Positions 43,270-54,594 of a stretch of DNA of 64,000 nt are shown here, piece after piece. This stretch comes from Chrysomallon squamiferum (taxonomy: Eukaryota > Animalia > Mollusca): assembly GCA_012295275.1 (NCBI GenBank), contig CM022665.1, forward strand, positions 39,866,001 through 39,930,000, read 5' to 3'. How positions within the stretch are numbered: position 1 is the stretch's first letter; the number at the start of each line of letters is the position of its first letter. Below the pieces are notes generated by a model that ran no database searches, was not told the DNA's origin, and worked only from the letters and a program-made list of their open reading frames with translations. A program made the position numbers and the translations under genes.

Positions 43270-44439
43270 ATCTACCGACCTCTACACACACATATACGTA
43301 TCAGATACATACATATACATACAAGTACATACAGACATACAGACATTGAAGCATATAATATAATAAAATGAAATAATACTAATTGTAATGACGATGAAAG
43401 TGATGATTATTAAAAAATTTTTTAATAAAAATAAACATTTAAAGCAAAAAAAAAAAAAAAGAAATAAAAAAAGAAATTTAAAAAAATGTAAAAAAACAAA
43501 ACAAAATGAAAATAAAAATAGTAATGACTCCGACACGACGTTCACGTGGATGACCACGTTTTTTGCTGTCTTACAGTCCATGTCCACAGACGACGTCGTG
43601 CAAGATGTTGTCTTCATGTCAACTAGGGATCGGCTACATGTCAAAAACAAGAAACGGAGAGAGACGCGGGTTAATTAAACACAATATTTCACCCAGTGAA
43701 TCACTCTGTTAACTTGAGTTTCGCTAGTCACAATATTTTAATTTTCTCAAGGAATCAGACACACAGACACATTCAGCTTTACCACAGTAGTTCTCTAATG
43801 GACCGGTATTTAACAGAAAGCTGTATTATTTCCGTAACTGTAAGTATGCAGGTTAAACTATTTTGTATAAAGTCTCTCATAGTTCCATTGGAGTAGCATT
43901 TGTTGGTTCTTATTTTAAAATTAATGTAATATCATTATTGCCGAAATTTTTAGTCTGTTATTTTTTTTTTTAAATTTAGTATTATTTTAATAGCATAAGG
44001 TTAAAGAAATTATTTGATAATTATAAAGTGATATAATTATTATTTGGACAAAAATGGAAAAAAAAGTTAAGAAAAGAATTCTATACTTGCACAATATTTT
44101 GATACTGATGATGATCTGAAAAAAAAGTTTCGTAATTTCAGCCAAAATATGTTTTTGTTGTTTTCCCCTGTTATTTGAATAGTTTCATCTGTAATAAATT
44201 ATTTCGATGATTTCCAAAATAACAGATTAATTTCAACATCATTACTCTGTTTTCGTTGCTTTAAATATAAAAAAACATAACAAATTTTGATATCTTAACT
44301 TTATTTTATCATTTCTTTTTTTATTTTTATTTTTTTTTATCACCTTTTAAAATGCATATTTTGATAGCAAAACAATAATTATTTTAGAAGTTTCGGTGAT
44401 AATATTTTTTTTATTGTTACTTTCATATTGTTACAAAGT

Positions 44440-44775
44440 TGACTAATGTTAAATTTAAACATACTTCTATATCCTGAACTAATGATACATTTAAACGTGC
44501 TGCTTCGTAGCAAACTAATGTTATTTTTAAACATACTTACATATTAATGTAGATTAATGCTAGTTTTAAACAATGTTGTTGTTGTTATTTTAATTAATAC
44601 TATTATTATTTTTAAACACATAACAACATGAAGCAAAGTAAGTACTCGCTTGGTATTTAGTCGATATGTTTATAGTCATCTGTTTATACTTAATGTCTTT
44701 AAACACGTTCAATACTATTTATTGAAATTTAATTACATATTACGTTAACAATGCTTATTAAATTTATATTTAAAG
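44440..44775. repeat. Degenerate ~33-bp minisatellite of the same family as 35820-36215
   Basis: ACTAATGTT...TTTAAACATACT units. Confidence 0.7.
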
Positions 44776-44823
44776 GTATAAGCGTGCACGTTATTGCTGC
44801 CGATTGCTACTACAACAGCCACA

Positions 44824-46197
44824 ATGACGTTGTTCTGGGACACGTTTTCTGGCGATGTTGAGACGGAGGCTTTCAGATCATCGGTAGAAGTTTCAGACTC
44901 CGAAGTTTCAATCTCAGCAGATTTCCTTCCCTTTAATAAAATAAACCATTCAGTTTACAAACACATCTTGACACCGTCGTCAACTGTAACACACAGAAAT
45001 GAAACATTTTTCAACACGACGACGACGACGACAACGACAACAAATATGTTGCTGTCAGTCGTATCAAGTTCTGTGCCAGAGATTGTGTACAGTGACGTTA
45101 AAATAAACATGATGGACAAGACGTCATACGGTTTGTTTGGAGAGCTGGAGAGATACAGCGAGCTGTGGATTGCCAAATATCTCAATCTCTATTACCTTTG
45201 GGTTATTTTTCTTTTCGGGTTTTCGGGAAACTTCGCCATTTTTATCACAGTCATCAAAATGAGGCCGCACCGGTCGTACACCGTGTGCATAGCCGCGCTC
45301 GCCGTCGTGAACAACTGCGCGATTATCAGTAAACTTCTCTTTCACCAACTCACTCTCTACGACGTCCCCATCGGTCTCTGGGGCTGCAGGGTCCTCTACT
45401 ACATCGGCAGCTTCTTCACCGCGTACTCGAGCTGGATAATCGTTGCCATGACGCTCGAAAGATTCGTCGCGATTTATTTTCCTCTCAAGGTGATCACCGT
45501 CTGCTCGAGAACCAAGATCATTTTCTTTCTGGGAATAATGGCAACTTTCCTGTTGTTCGCCGACCTGCACTTTTTCTGGACGGCCACAGACACGTTTCAC
45601 CCGGTTTTCAAAGAACACTGCGGCTTCCTACGGCAATATCAGCACTTCATCCAGTACTACTGGTACTGGATGGACGGCTGCATGTACGCCATTGTCCCCT
45701 GCATTCTGTTGCTGATCTTCAACGTCGTCAACATATTCGGGATCAGGCAGTCGTACAAGACACAGAAAGAATTCCTGAAGAACAGAAGTGAACTCATCGT
45801 GGAAAGGTTTCGAGACCAAGGAAAGATAACCATCATGGTCGTCGCTGTGTCCGTACTCTTTCTTCTCCTAGTTATTCCAAACTGCTGTCATTACGTCATC
45901 AAGCCCACGTGGGTCTACACGCCAGTGAGTCACGAGCACGCGGTGTTTTTACTCACAAGAGAAATCATCTTCGTCCTCTCAGACGCCAATCACGGAATTC
46001 AGTTCTTCATCTATTTCGTCATGGCCAAACCATTTCGGCGAGAATTCCTGAACTTCTTCTGTTGCAGAGAAAACAGAAAGCGTGGATCGTCCAGCGCTTG
46101 TTACATGGTGTCTGGGTTTAGACCGTTTAAAAACGTCAAACTGCTCTCTGTGTCTACGATCAGTGTCATAGACATCTCAAAAAGCGCGGATTACTGA
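44824..46197 (+). CDS. Class A (rhodopsin-like) orphan GPCR, FMRFamide/peptide-receptor-like family, uninterrupted CDS, 457 aa
   Basis: Long GC/CpG-rich ORF with first ATG at 44824. Seven hydrophobic segments; TM1 GN, ECL1 W-G-C, TM3 MTLERFVAI, ECL2 Cys, TM5 IVP, TM6 LVIP, TM7 NHGIQFFIY, helix-8 FRREF, C-terminal CC. N-glycosylation sequons (NHS, NET, NTT) in the N-terminus. Confidence 0.93.
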   Translation: MTLFWDTFSGDVETEAFRSSVEVSDSEVSISADFLPFNKINHSVYKHILTPSSTVTHRNETFFNTTTTTTTTTNMLLSVVSSSVPEIVYSDVKINMMDKTSYGLFGELERYSELWIAKYLNLYYLWVIFLFGFSGNFAIFITVIKMRPHRSYTVCIAALAVVNNCAIISKLLFHQLTLYDVPIGLWGCRVLYYIGSFFTAYSSWIIVAMTLERFVAIYFPLKVITVCSRTKIIFFLGIMATFLLFADLHFFWTATDTFHPVFKEHCGFLRQYQHFIQYYWYWMDGCMYAIVPCILLLIFNVVNIFGIRQSYKTQKEFLKNRSELIVERFRDQGKITIMVVAVSVLFLLLVIPNCCHYVIKPTWVYTPVSHEHAVFLLTREIIFVLSDANHGIQFFIYFVMAKPFRREFLNFFCCRENRKRGSSSACYMVSGFRPFKNVKLLSVSTISVIDISKSADY

Positions 46198-46217
46198 AAC
46201 GACTGATTATGTTTCAC

Positions 46218-46510
46218 AGCTGAATTATATTTTACGAAAAATAGATGAATTATATTTTACCACAAAAAAACTGAATTATATTTTACCACAAAAAAACTGA
46301 ATTATATTTTACGACAAACAGATGAAATATGTTTTACGAGAAAATATTGAATTTTATTTTACGACAAATAGATAAATTATATTTTAAAACAAAGAGTTGA
46401 ATCATCAGTTACGACAAATAGTTGAATTATCAGTTACGACAAACAGATGAATTATATTTTACAACAAACAGTTTACTAATATTTTACGACAAACGAATGA
46501 AATATGTTTC
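46218..46510. repeat. ~26-bp minisatellite (TGAATTATATTTTACGACAAATAGA) directly after the GPCR stop codon
   Basis: About 11 head-to-tail units. Confidence 0.9.
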
Positions 46511-46685
46511 ATAAAAAGATGTAAACATGATTTGTAATACATAAATAAAATATTCTATATGATAATATGCTTTAACAAGTAACTGGCGGAATGAATATTA
46601 ATTTTATTTAACGGCAAATCGATTTTAGTTACAAGTCCGCCGTTTTATCGGTATTATTTAAATGATGACATCATAAAGAAAATAT

Positions 46686-46810
46686 TCTACTGCAGCAACA
46701 GAGGTTACTCTTCTCGATCAGCAGCAAGGAATCTTTTATTTTCAGTCTTTGTTAGAGAGGAAAATATATTCATGGTCAGTTAATCAGCCAATTTTCCACT
46801 GGCTGAAATG
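46686..46810 (-). mobile_element. Degenerate fragment of a conserved-domain SINE (Nin-type central domain as recalled)
   Basis: GGTTACTCTTCTCGATCAGCAGCAAGGAATCTTTTAT...CACTGGCTG resembles, from memory, the abundant mollusc SINE core GGCTACTCTTTCCGATTAGCAGCAAGGGATCTTTTATATGC...CACTGGCTGG; not database-verified. Confidence 0.5.
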
Positions 46811-47648
46811 TCTTTTTTATCACACTGTGTATTTTAAATGTGTCAAAATACTACGAGTAAAATATGCTTTATTATACATTATATAATATGTAAAATGTGT
46901 ATTGTAAAATGATGTATGCAACATTTGCATTACGTAACACTGTCAATGAATCATGTTTTATAAAATGTTATCATTGTATTACATCAAGTGTTTATTTTTA
47001 TTTGCTAAACTGAAATGTATCTCATGAACCAATGTACTTTGTAAGTACAGTGTAATGTGTGTAATTGTGGTATTTCAGTTGGAGTGAACAAATGTAAATA
47101 AATGTATTTGTTACAAACGTATCTGAAACCTAAACTTTTTAATGTAGTTACGTTTTAATACATCTCAGAACAATAGTTTAACAAAACAGCGACTCAGTTT
47201 GTTAGGACTTTTTCAACACCTCACTTCTATCGGTTTTTACCATATTTTCATACCGATTATTAACATTAACAACAACGTTTTATTATTTATTAAATGCGTC
47301 TATCTCCAACGATGCACGACAAATATCACATCAGATATAACATTACATAATACAAGTTCTGAATTAACTATTTTGCAAAATGGTCTTAGTTTATTTTTGT
47401 ATGCTAGCAATAATTTATAACATCATCTCTCAATTTCATGACATTGTATTATTTAGCAGAAGATAAAACATCAATACAGAAATTGTATTTTACTTGACTA
47501 CACGTTTTTATCCTTTCACGAACAAGTCAAAATACTTAGTTAACTTGATGACTTGTTTTTTTTCTACCAATAAGCGAAGAATAAATAAAAGTGACAAAAA
47601 CAAAAATAGATAAATAAATAAAATAAAATAAAATAAAATAATAAAATG

Positions 47649-47692
<44 letters not shown>

Positions 47693-47722
47693 GATAATAA
47701 TAATATAATAATAATAATAATA

Positions 47723-47753
<31 letters not shown>

Positions 47754-47885
47754 TCAATGTTACAATGAAATATAGTCTCTCCTACTTTAACCAAATAAAA
47801 TTATTTCATATTTTATTATAACATATCTAACTTGCAGAATATGAGATAAATAAATAAATCCAAGATTATCTTGTATTTTAAACTG

Positions 47886-47952
<67 letters not shown>

Positions 47953-48079
47953 TTATTTCTAATGCATAGGTATGCATATGCATGCATGTATATATGTATT
48001 TTAGCATTTGAATATTCGAACGTATGGTTCCTATTCTTGCCTGAATTCCTGTTACTGTTCAGCCATCAAGACAACCTTT

Positions 48080-48156
48080 AAAAAATCGCCCAGTAACCGA
48101 ACGTAATCATCGCTTCCTACGAAACACGCCGTTCTTTGTCTTTTGTAATTTTTGCG
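48080..48156 (+). repeat. Short dispersed repeat, copy 2
   Basis: Matches 13040-13116; followed by (TATG)n. Confidence 0.85.
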
Positions 48157-48202
48157 TGCATCTATGTATGTATTTATGTATGTATGTGTGTATGTATGTA
48201 TG

Positions 48203-48234
<32 letters not shown>

Positions 48235-49601
48235 TGTATGTATGCAACGAAATTCAAACTACTTAACAAATGTATCTTTCTATGAACATCCGCATGTTTT
48301 ATTTTTGCCACCGATTTTTCAACTCCATGAGGTTGTTTTAAAAGAGCTTAAACTTGGGAATTAAAGGGAGAAGGAAAAAGGTCAATTAGGCAAGGAACCA
48401 AAGTTTTTGAAAGACATTGCCTGTACGGACAAGTATTGTAAGCCATTGTCTATTCGTATTTTGATAAGGTGTAATGTGCAATTAACCTGTGTCAGTAACA
48501 TTTAACAAACACACATTTTAAAAATTTTAATCAGTCCTCCTCAGTCTTATTTTATCTTCGTTCCCCGTATGACCTTATTCGCATCATTAATCAAAGTTTA
48601 CTTAAATATATGTTTTATCGATTGTGTAATGCATTGTTATCAAGCCCCATTTATATCATAATTGAATAATTAACACACTTGTACCTTAACTTGTGCTGTA
48701 TTTAGTTCTCTAGTGGAGAGATTGAATTATTGATTTATATAGATTGCTGTCAATTTATTTTTTAAATTCCTTGTTATATGGCAGTTATAGCCCTTTTTTT
48801 TTTATCTAGACTGAGGCCTTAACGAAACATCAAAGATGTTTTATCGTGTGGGCCCTGTAACACCGTACATGAACAAAATCTATTTATATTTAACTTTATA
48901 TTAACAAAGTCTGACATCCAGTCTTCCATGATTTAATCTTGTTGATCTAAGTGATGATATAAATGCCTTGAGTAAATGACAACCTGTACAGAAAAACAAA
49001 GGTTCCGTTCCGCTCTACTTTCCTCCATTATTAACTCTTTTTGTTAACGGCCATCAACGATAACCTAAATACGCGATGCTGTTGAAAACTACAGTAATAT
49101 TTTTATTTATTATTTATTTTATTTTTTTAATATCTTTTATTTTTACCTTCACAAAGGAAGAAACATAGCAGGAACTATGGCTTCATAAAGCGATGAAAAG
49201 AAAAATAATGGTGAAATGTTTATATCAGAAATGTTTGGAAATATATTTCATTGATTTTTTATAGAATAATAAAGAAAAAGACAAAGCTGGACAGATGACC
49301 GGTTTTTGCTGATGACCAAATGACGAAATCGTGTACTGGTGTGATAATTGTTAGATGGATAGACAGATATCCCTTGTGTTATTGTCTTATATTTGTAAAA
49401 CGAGTTTTTGAAACTGGAATATTCGAACACTGTGAAACTCGAGCAGTTTTTGCCGACACTTTACATAGTAAAGATAGACTGAACGTTAGTGTTTCGTATC
49501 ACAAAGCAACAGAATTTCTTGTTGACTGATCACGTACGACAACAAAGAGAACACAAATATATGCTTTATTTTAATTTTATTTATCTTCAGCTGAATAATA
49601 T

Positions 49602-49632
<31 letters not shown>

Positions 49633-49994
49633 TTATTTCGTTTTCGTTTTATTTTTAGTAATATATATATATATATTTTATTAATTATTTTATTTGTAAA
49701 TATATGTGTGTGGGTGCATGTATCTCTATACCTTAATGAGTATATTTGTGAATGTTTTTGTTTTTTGTGTGTGTGCACGCATGCGCGTAATTCATTTCAG
49801 CGTTTCCTTTACATTTAATACTGCAAAACAGTAAAATAACGAAGATCGTACAATATAAAGCACTTTAAACTCATTAGGAATCTGGAAATATTTTTTATTA
49901 TTCATTTAAATAACATCATGATGAATAATATTACAGATTATATAAGCACACATTTCATATAATTATTATATCTATGCATATATGTACGTATGTA

Positions 49995-50190
49995 TTTAGG
50001 AATCAATATTCTGTTGTCATATGTACGTCTGATTAGACTCTGCACGTAGTCAGTATTCTGGAACACAATGGCGCGGAAGGACAAAGTCCAATCACGACCT
50101 TACAAAGGTCAAATGCCGCTGAAGAGACTCGAACTCTTGGCACCAAATCTCCCACGCTCCGAAAGGGGACAACGATATCACTCGGCCATC
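49995..50190 (-). mobile_element. tRNA-derived SINE, copy 2
   Basis: A box TGGCCGAGTGA (50188-50178), B box GTTCGAGTC (50134-50126); shares AGGACAAAGTCCAATCACGACCT and ATGTACGT.TGATTAGACT.TGCAC with copy 1; short degenerate ATAC tail. Confidence 0.82.
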
Positions 50191-50341
50191 AATAAAATGA
50201 CGAGTTATTTAGGCATATTAATATACTAATACCAGTTATTATAACGATAAGTTTTACACATTTTTAATATGATTCACAAATGGAATTTTAACTGATGTCC
50301 TGAATCAAATGATGCAACGAATAACCCACAACAGAAATTTA

Positions 50342-50377
<36 letters not shown>

Positions 50378-50573
50378 ATTTTGCTTTCGATACCACGGAT
50401 ATAATTTAGCAAAAGCTAACATAAATAAATAAATAAATAAATAAATACAGTTATTATTTAATTCATTAGTTTTTAACTTCGTCTATATTTCTACGATACA
50501 AATAAGATGAACACAAAGTTTCACAGTCATTTAACGTATTTTAAAAACGTGGTTCATGAATTCACTGGCAACT

Positions 50574-50627
50574 TCATATTCGAAACTGTAGAAGAAGGAA
50601 GAAGTAGGTGATGTAAAGTCCAGCAAG
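50574..50627 (-). CDS. GRL exon 4 (TM7b, TYFFLLLQF)
   Basis: TTTTCAG acceptor; LAGLYITYFFLLLQFRI followed by TGA. Confidence 0.9.
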   Translation of the reverse strand, partial: LAGLYITYFFLLLQFRI

Positions 50628-51055
50628 CTGAAAATTTAAAAATAGAATAACAATATATATATATATTACAAAAAGAAAGAAAAAGAACAAAAAGCAGAAT
50701 GATTCAAAATATTACTATTATTATTATTATTATTATTATTATTACTGTTACTATTGCTGTTGTTGCGGCTGATGTTGTTGTCACTGTCACTGTCATTACT
50801 GCAGTTGAATAATAATGTTAAGTTACTTCATTACAAATATTTTCACCGTATAAGAAGTACTAATGTAGGTCAGAAAATTGTGTGCTGTAGATATAACGCT
50901 GAACACATCTGCAGTCAAATCAAAATAAAAAAAGAAGAAAAAAGAAAAAAAGAAAGAAAAAAAAAAGAAAGAAAAGAAGAAGAAAAAAAAAAAAAAAAAA
51001 AAAAAAAAAATAAATAAAAAAAATAAAATAGAAAAACAAACAAACGAACGAACAA

Positions 51056-51109
<54 letters not shown>

Positions 51110-51795
51110 TTTACAATAATAATAATATTAAAAAGATGAAAAGAAAGTATCGTGGACAAGAGAAATATTTATTAAATTAAATTACGAGATTAAACCAGTG
51201 AACGTGTGTCTGTACTTACTGTAAGAAGCACTTCTTTGGTTAGAACTAACATCCCAAGCACTGTGAAACCCACTGAAGTACCAGTCAGTTGACTTATAAA
51301 CAGCGTTACCTTTAAACAGAAATTTATTTATTTATTTAACTGTTTGTTTTTGATATCATCTTCAACACGTCATTATCTTGGTAATCATCATCATCATCAT
51401 TATCATCAGCAGAGTTATTGTATTATGCAGCTGCTATTCCTGCTGTTTCTCGTCTTCATTTTAGTTTTTTTTTTTTTTTTTTTTAATCTTGCTTTTCTTC
51501 TTTCTTATCTTCATCGTCGTCAGCATTATCATTATTATTGTTGTTGTCGTTGGTGTCGTCGTTAAATGATAAAAAAAATAAAATAATAATAATAATAAAA
51601 CAAACCTCTAGTGATTGATCGGGAGTTATGTTTGTGTGACGTATTTCAAAAATATGCTCGAGAGGGGCAAGTGCCTGAAAAACAACAAAAGTTGTGATTT
51701 GTATATTTTTTTTTTTTTCATTACATTCAAGAGAATTGTTTGTTTGGATATTATGATACTTGGTTATCTTTAAGGAGCAGAGAAAAACAGAAAGA

Positions 51796-51832
<37 letters not shown>

Positions 51833-51864
51833 TTGTGTGTGTGTATGTATATATATATATACAG

Positions 51865-51914
<50 letters not shown>

Positions 51915-53074
51915 TGTAAAATGACATATAATTTATAACAAAAGAACATTTGTCCATAATCCATTAAAAGACACTTAAACTCAATCACCGACTGCTCTGG
52001 CTTTTTAAAAAAATTTTTTTTTTTTTTTTTTACTATTTACTAATAAAACTCGACACTTACTGCATCGTGTACCAAAGCACAACTCAGAGTGACTGCCACA
52101 ATGGAGATGATATTAACAGACAACCAGAACAAATTCACAATGACTGTGATGAGCTGGACTTTGGCGTACACAAGCTGATACACCATGAAGCACGCCAAAG
52201 GTATGTTAATGGCGTATTCCACCGCCACCAGGAGGCGCACCGATCGGTCCAGGACGGAAACTGCTCTGCACATTTGAAGATGCACTCGCCGCAGCCTGTC
52301 AAAATTAGTCGGAATGGACTTCCCCGCTGTTCTGATTTGCTTCTCCAGGACAAGCGTCAGCTGGTCAAAGCTAGCCTTCATTATGTAACAAGTGACCAAA
52401 ATGAATATAATAGGAAAGACGTAGACCCCTATAGCCACTAAGTGTACAGACACCAGAATGATATCGACTGCGATGGAAGAAGGAAAAGGTCTTATTACAG
52501 TCTCTGCGAACGACTTGTCAGCCACGAACTGAAGATACAAGACCGCAATGGTGTTGAATATTGCCCAAAGCCAGCCGGCCACCGTTCCGATAACAGCAGC
52601 TCTAGAAAGACCTTTCGCGCGATGATCCAGATCATAACATCCAGGGTCGAGATAGATCTCGTTCCACTGTTTGTAAAAGGCGTTAAGATAGGTGGATTTC
52701 TCGCAGGTGATGAACATCACTAAATCGCCAATGGCTACAAGTCCTAACCACACAAAAATGACAATTCTTCCCGGCAGATCGCTGTCGTACGGAGGAATTA
52801 CTACTCCACACCTGGTTAAATCTGCCCACATCAGGATCAAAATAAAGACAGAGTAAAAACGAGATAGGATAACCCAGCCATGTGATTTTCGATCTGTATT
52901 TCGTTGGCCGTTCACTTCCGTCAATGGGCTGACGCTCGTCACGTCGTACACGTCGTGGTAGACGCCAAAGAGTTTCATCGAGAACAGCAACGGCTTCAGA
53001 ATGTCTTGTATCCTTTTTTGATCACACTTTACATTCTCAAGTTCCCCATCTAGTTTCCTTTTACTATCCATCAT
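50574..53074 (-). CDS. Gustatory receptor-like (GRL, 7tm_7 / 7TM ion channel) protein, 408 aa, join(52061..53074,51606..51674,51220..51309,50574..50627)
   Basis: One large exon with multiple TM helices (starts MMDSKRK...LKPLLFSMKLFGVY), then three small phase-0 exons ALAPLEHIFEIRHTNITPDQSLE / VTLFISQLTGTSVGFTVLGMLVLTKEVLLT / LAGLYITYFFLLLQFRI*. Ends in the GR-superfamily TYhhhhhQF motif. All junctions GT-AG. Confidence 0.9.
51220..51309 (-). CDS. GRL exon 3
   Basis: AAG acceptor, 90 nt, LF..QL....VGFTVLG motif typical of the GR/GRL pre-TM7 region, ACA|GTAAGT donor. Confidence 0.88.
51606..51674 (-). CDS. GRL exon 2
   Basis: TTTTTCAG acceptor, 69 nt open in phase 0, GAG|GTTTGT donor. Confidence 0.85.
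52061..53074 (-). CDS. GRL exon 1 (TM1-TM6)
   Basis: first in-frame ATG at 53074; donor GCA|GTAAGT at 52060. Confidence 0.9.
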
Positions 53075-53705
53075 GACTAATAAAACAAAAACAGACTTCC
53101 TAGTTATTCTTACCAATAATGCTTTCGGCAGAACAGCACATACAACAATGACGTCCCCGGAATATAATCCTTTGTCACTGGCCGGTCGTTTCAAACGACG
53201 TCATCATCATAATGTAATCTGGGCGCAAAGAATCTTCTGTCAAATTGTTTTGTTTTTCTTGTATCCGCTAATGGTTTAAAATGCATTAAACCTCAACTAG
53301 AGTATTAAATCAACAGGAAAAACGCATTAAAGGAATTGTTATTTACATTTCTCTTGGGGTGCAACGTACCTTTACAAACAAATATAGCTAAAACGGATTA
53401 AACAATAGAAAACGAGTTCTATGAACTCGGCTGCTTATTTCCGTTAATGGTTTGCAGTATGTTTATAGAAATGGGCTTTTGTAAGAGAGCGGTGTGTTGA
53501 AACGTAAAAACAGTATTGATGTGGTAACACAGAAAGAAAGATATATTACTGACAGACAGAAATACACTACGATAGAGTTAAACAGACACCAAAAGGAATG
53601 AATGATAATTGAAAAGACTGAAAGAAAACAGTGAAACAGATTTGAGGAGAGAGAAAGAGAGAAAAAAACACACAAAGAAATAGAGAATAAAATAACGAGA
53701 AAGAG

Positions 53706-53774
<69 letters not shown>

Positions 53775-54164
53775 AAAATATGGTTATCTCAGTAAAATTA
53801 CTAATTGTTAAGTTCACTTTAACTTCGTCCTAACACTCTCATCCGTTTACAAATGTATTTTCATCCAGGTATAATTATCATACCTTATCTATAAACAAGT
53901 TCTATTGTACATCAATTTTTTTTTAATTTTTTCTTTTTTAATTGAAGTAGTAACTAACCTGGACACACAGTCAACACTGGACCGCCACACGAGAATTGTA
54001 AAATGAAAAGCAAACATTTGCAGATTACGTTTAATTTCGTCGCGCTTAATCATGCAGAATATCTGTAATTTTTTCATTGATTGCTTTATATTAAACTAAT
54101 AGCGATATTAATGTAAGTACATGTTATGTATATAGTCGCTTATTACATAATATTAGCTGCTTTG

Positions 54165-54201
<37 letters not shown>

Positions 54202-54594
54202 TGTAGCGGTGTTTGGTCTTAATGAAACAAAAAACACGATGGCTTCGATATTTCTTTCTTTCTTTTTTTCAAACAAAACCAATCAAATCAACGGATGCAG
54301 ATAGTGGGAGTAGAAGAGCTATTTAATGAAAGACAAATTGAGGTTAATGTAACTCGGTCAACGTTAGTGATCTATCAGTGGTTTCTGTTTTTACATTTAC
54401 AGATACGAAACGACATCACGAAGGAAGATTAAAATATTGTTGGAAAGAAGTGGTAAATAACAATGGAGAATAATACAGTATTGATTAAATTACATTTTGT
54501 TATCAGTTAAGCTTAAGTTTTCTTCTATGTATTGATTAAATTTAATTTAACCGCAATGACTTATTCCTCAACCCAGTATATCACCATGCTTATA

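Noticed and set aside
44794-44823. TTG start for the GPCR and TTG start at 53194 for the GRL given by the ORF track
   Set aside because: Bacterial-style alternative starts; first in-frame ATGs (44824, 53074) used instead
45124-45819. Antisense ORFs over the GPCR (and plus-strand ORFs 52067-52723 over the GRL)
   Set aside because: Shadow ORFs expected from GC-rich codon usage on the opposite strand; no recognisable domains
46218-46510. Regularly spaced ~26-33 bp repeats (also 30300-31090 and 35820-36215) as CRISPR arrays
   Set aside because: Head-to-tail degenerate units with no unique spacers, no cas genes, and a eukaryotic intron-containing context
52040-52060. GRL ending at VSVEFY* as a single-exon gene
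   Set aside because: A strong GTAAGT donor at 52060 and three downstream exons supply the conserved C-terminus
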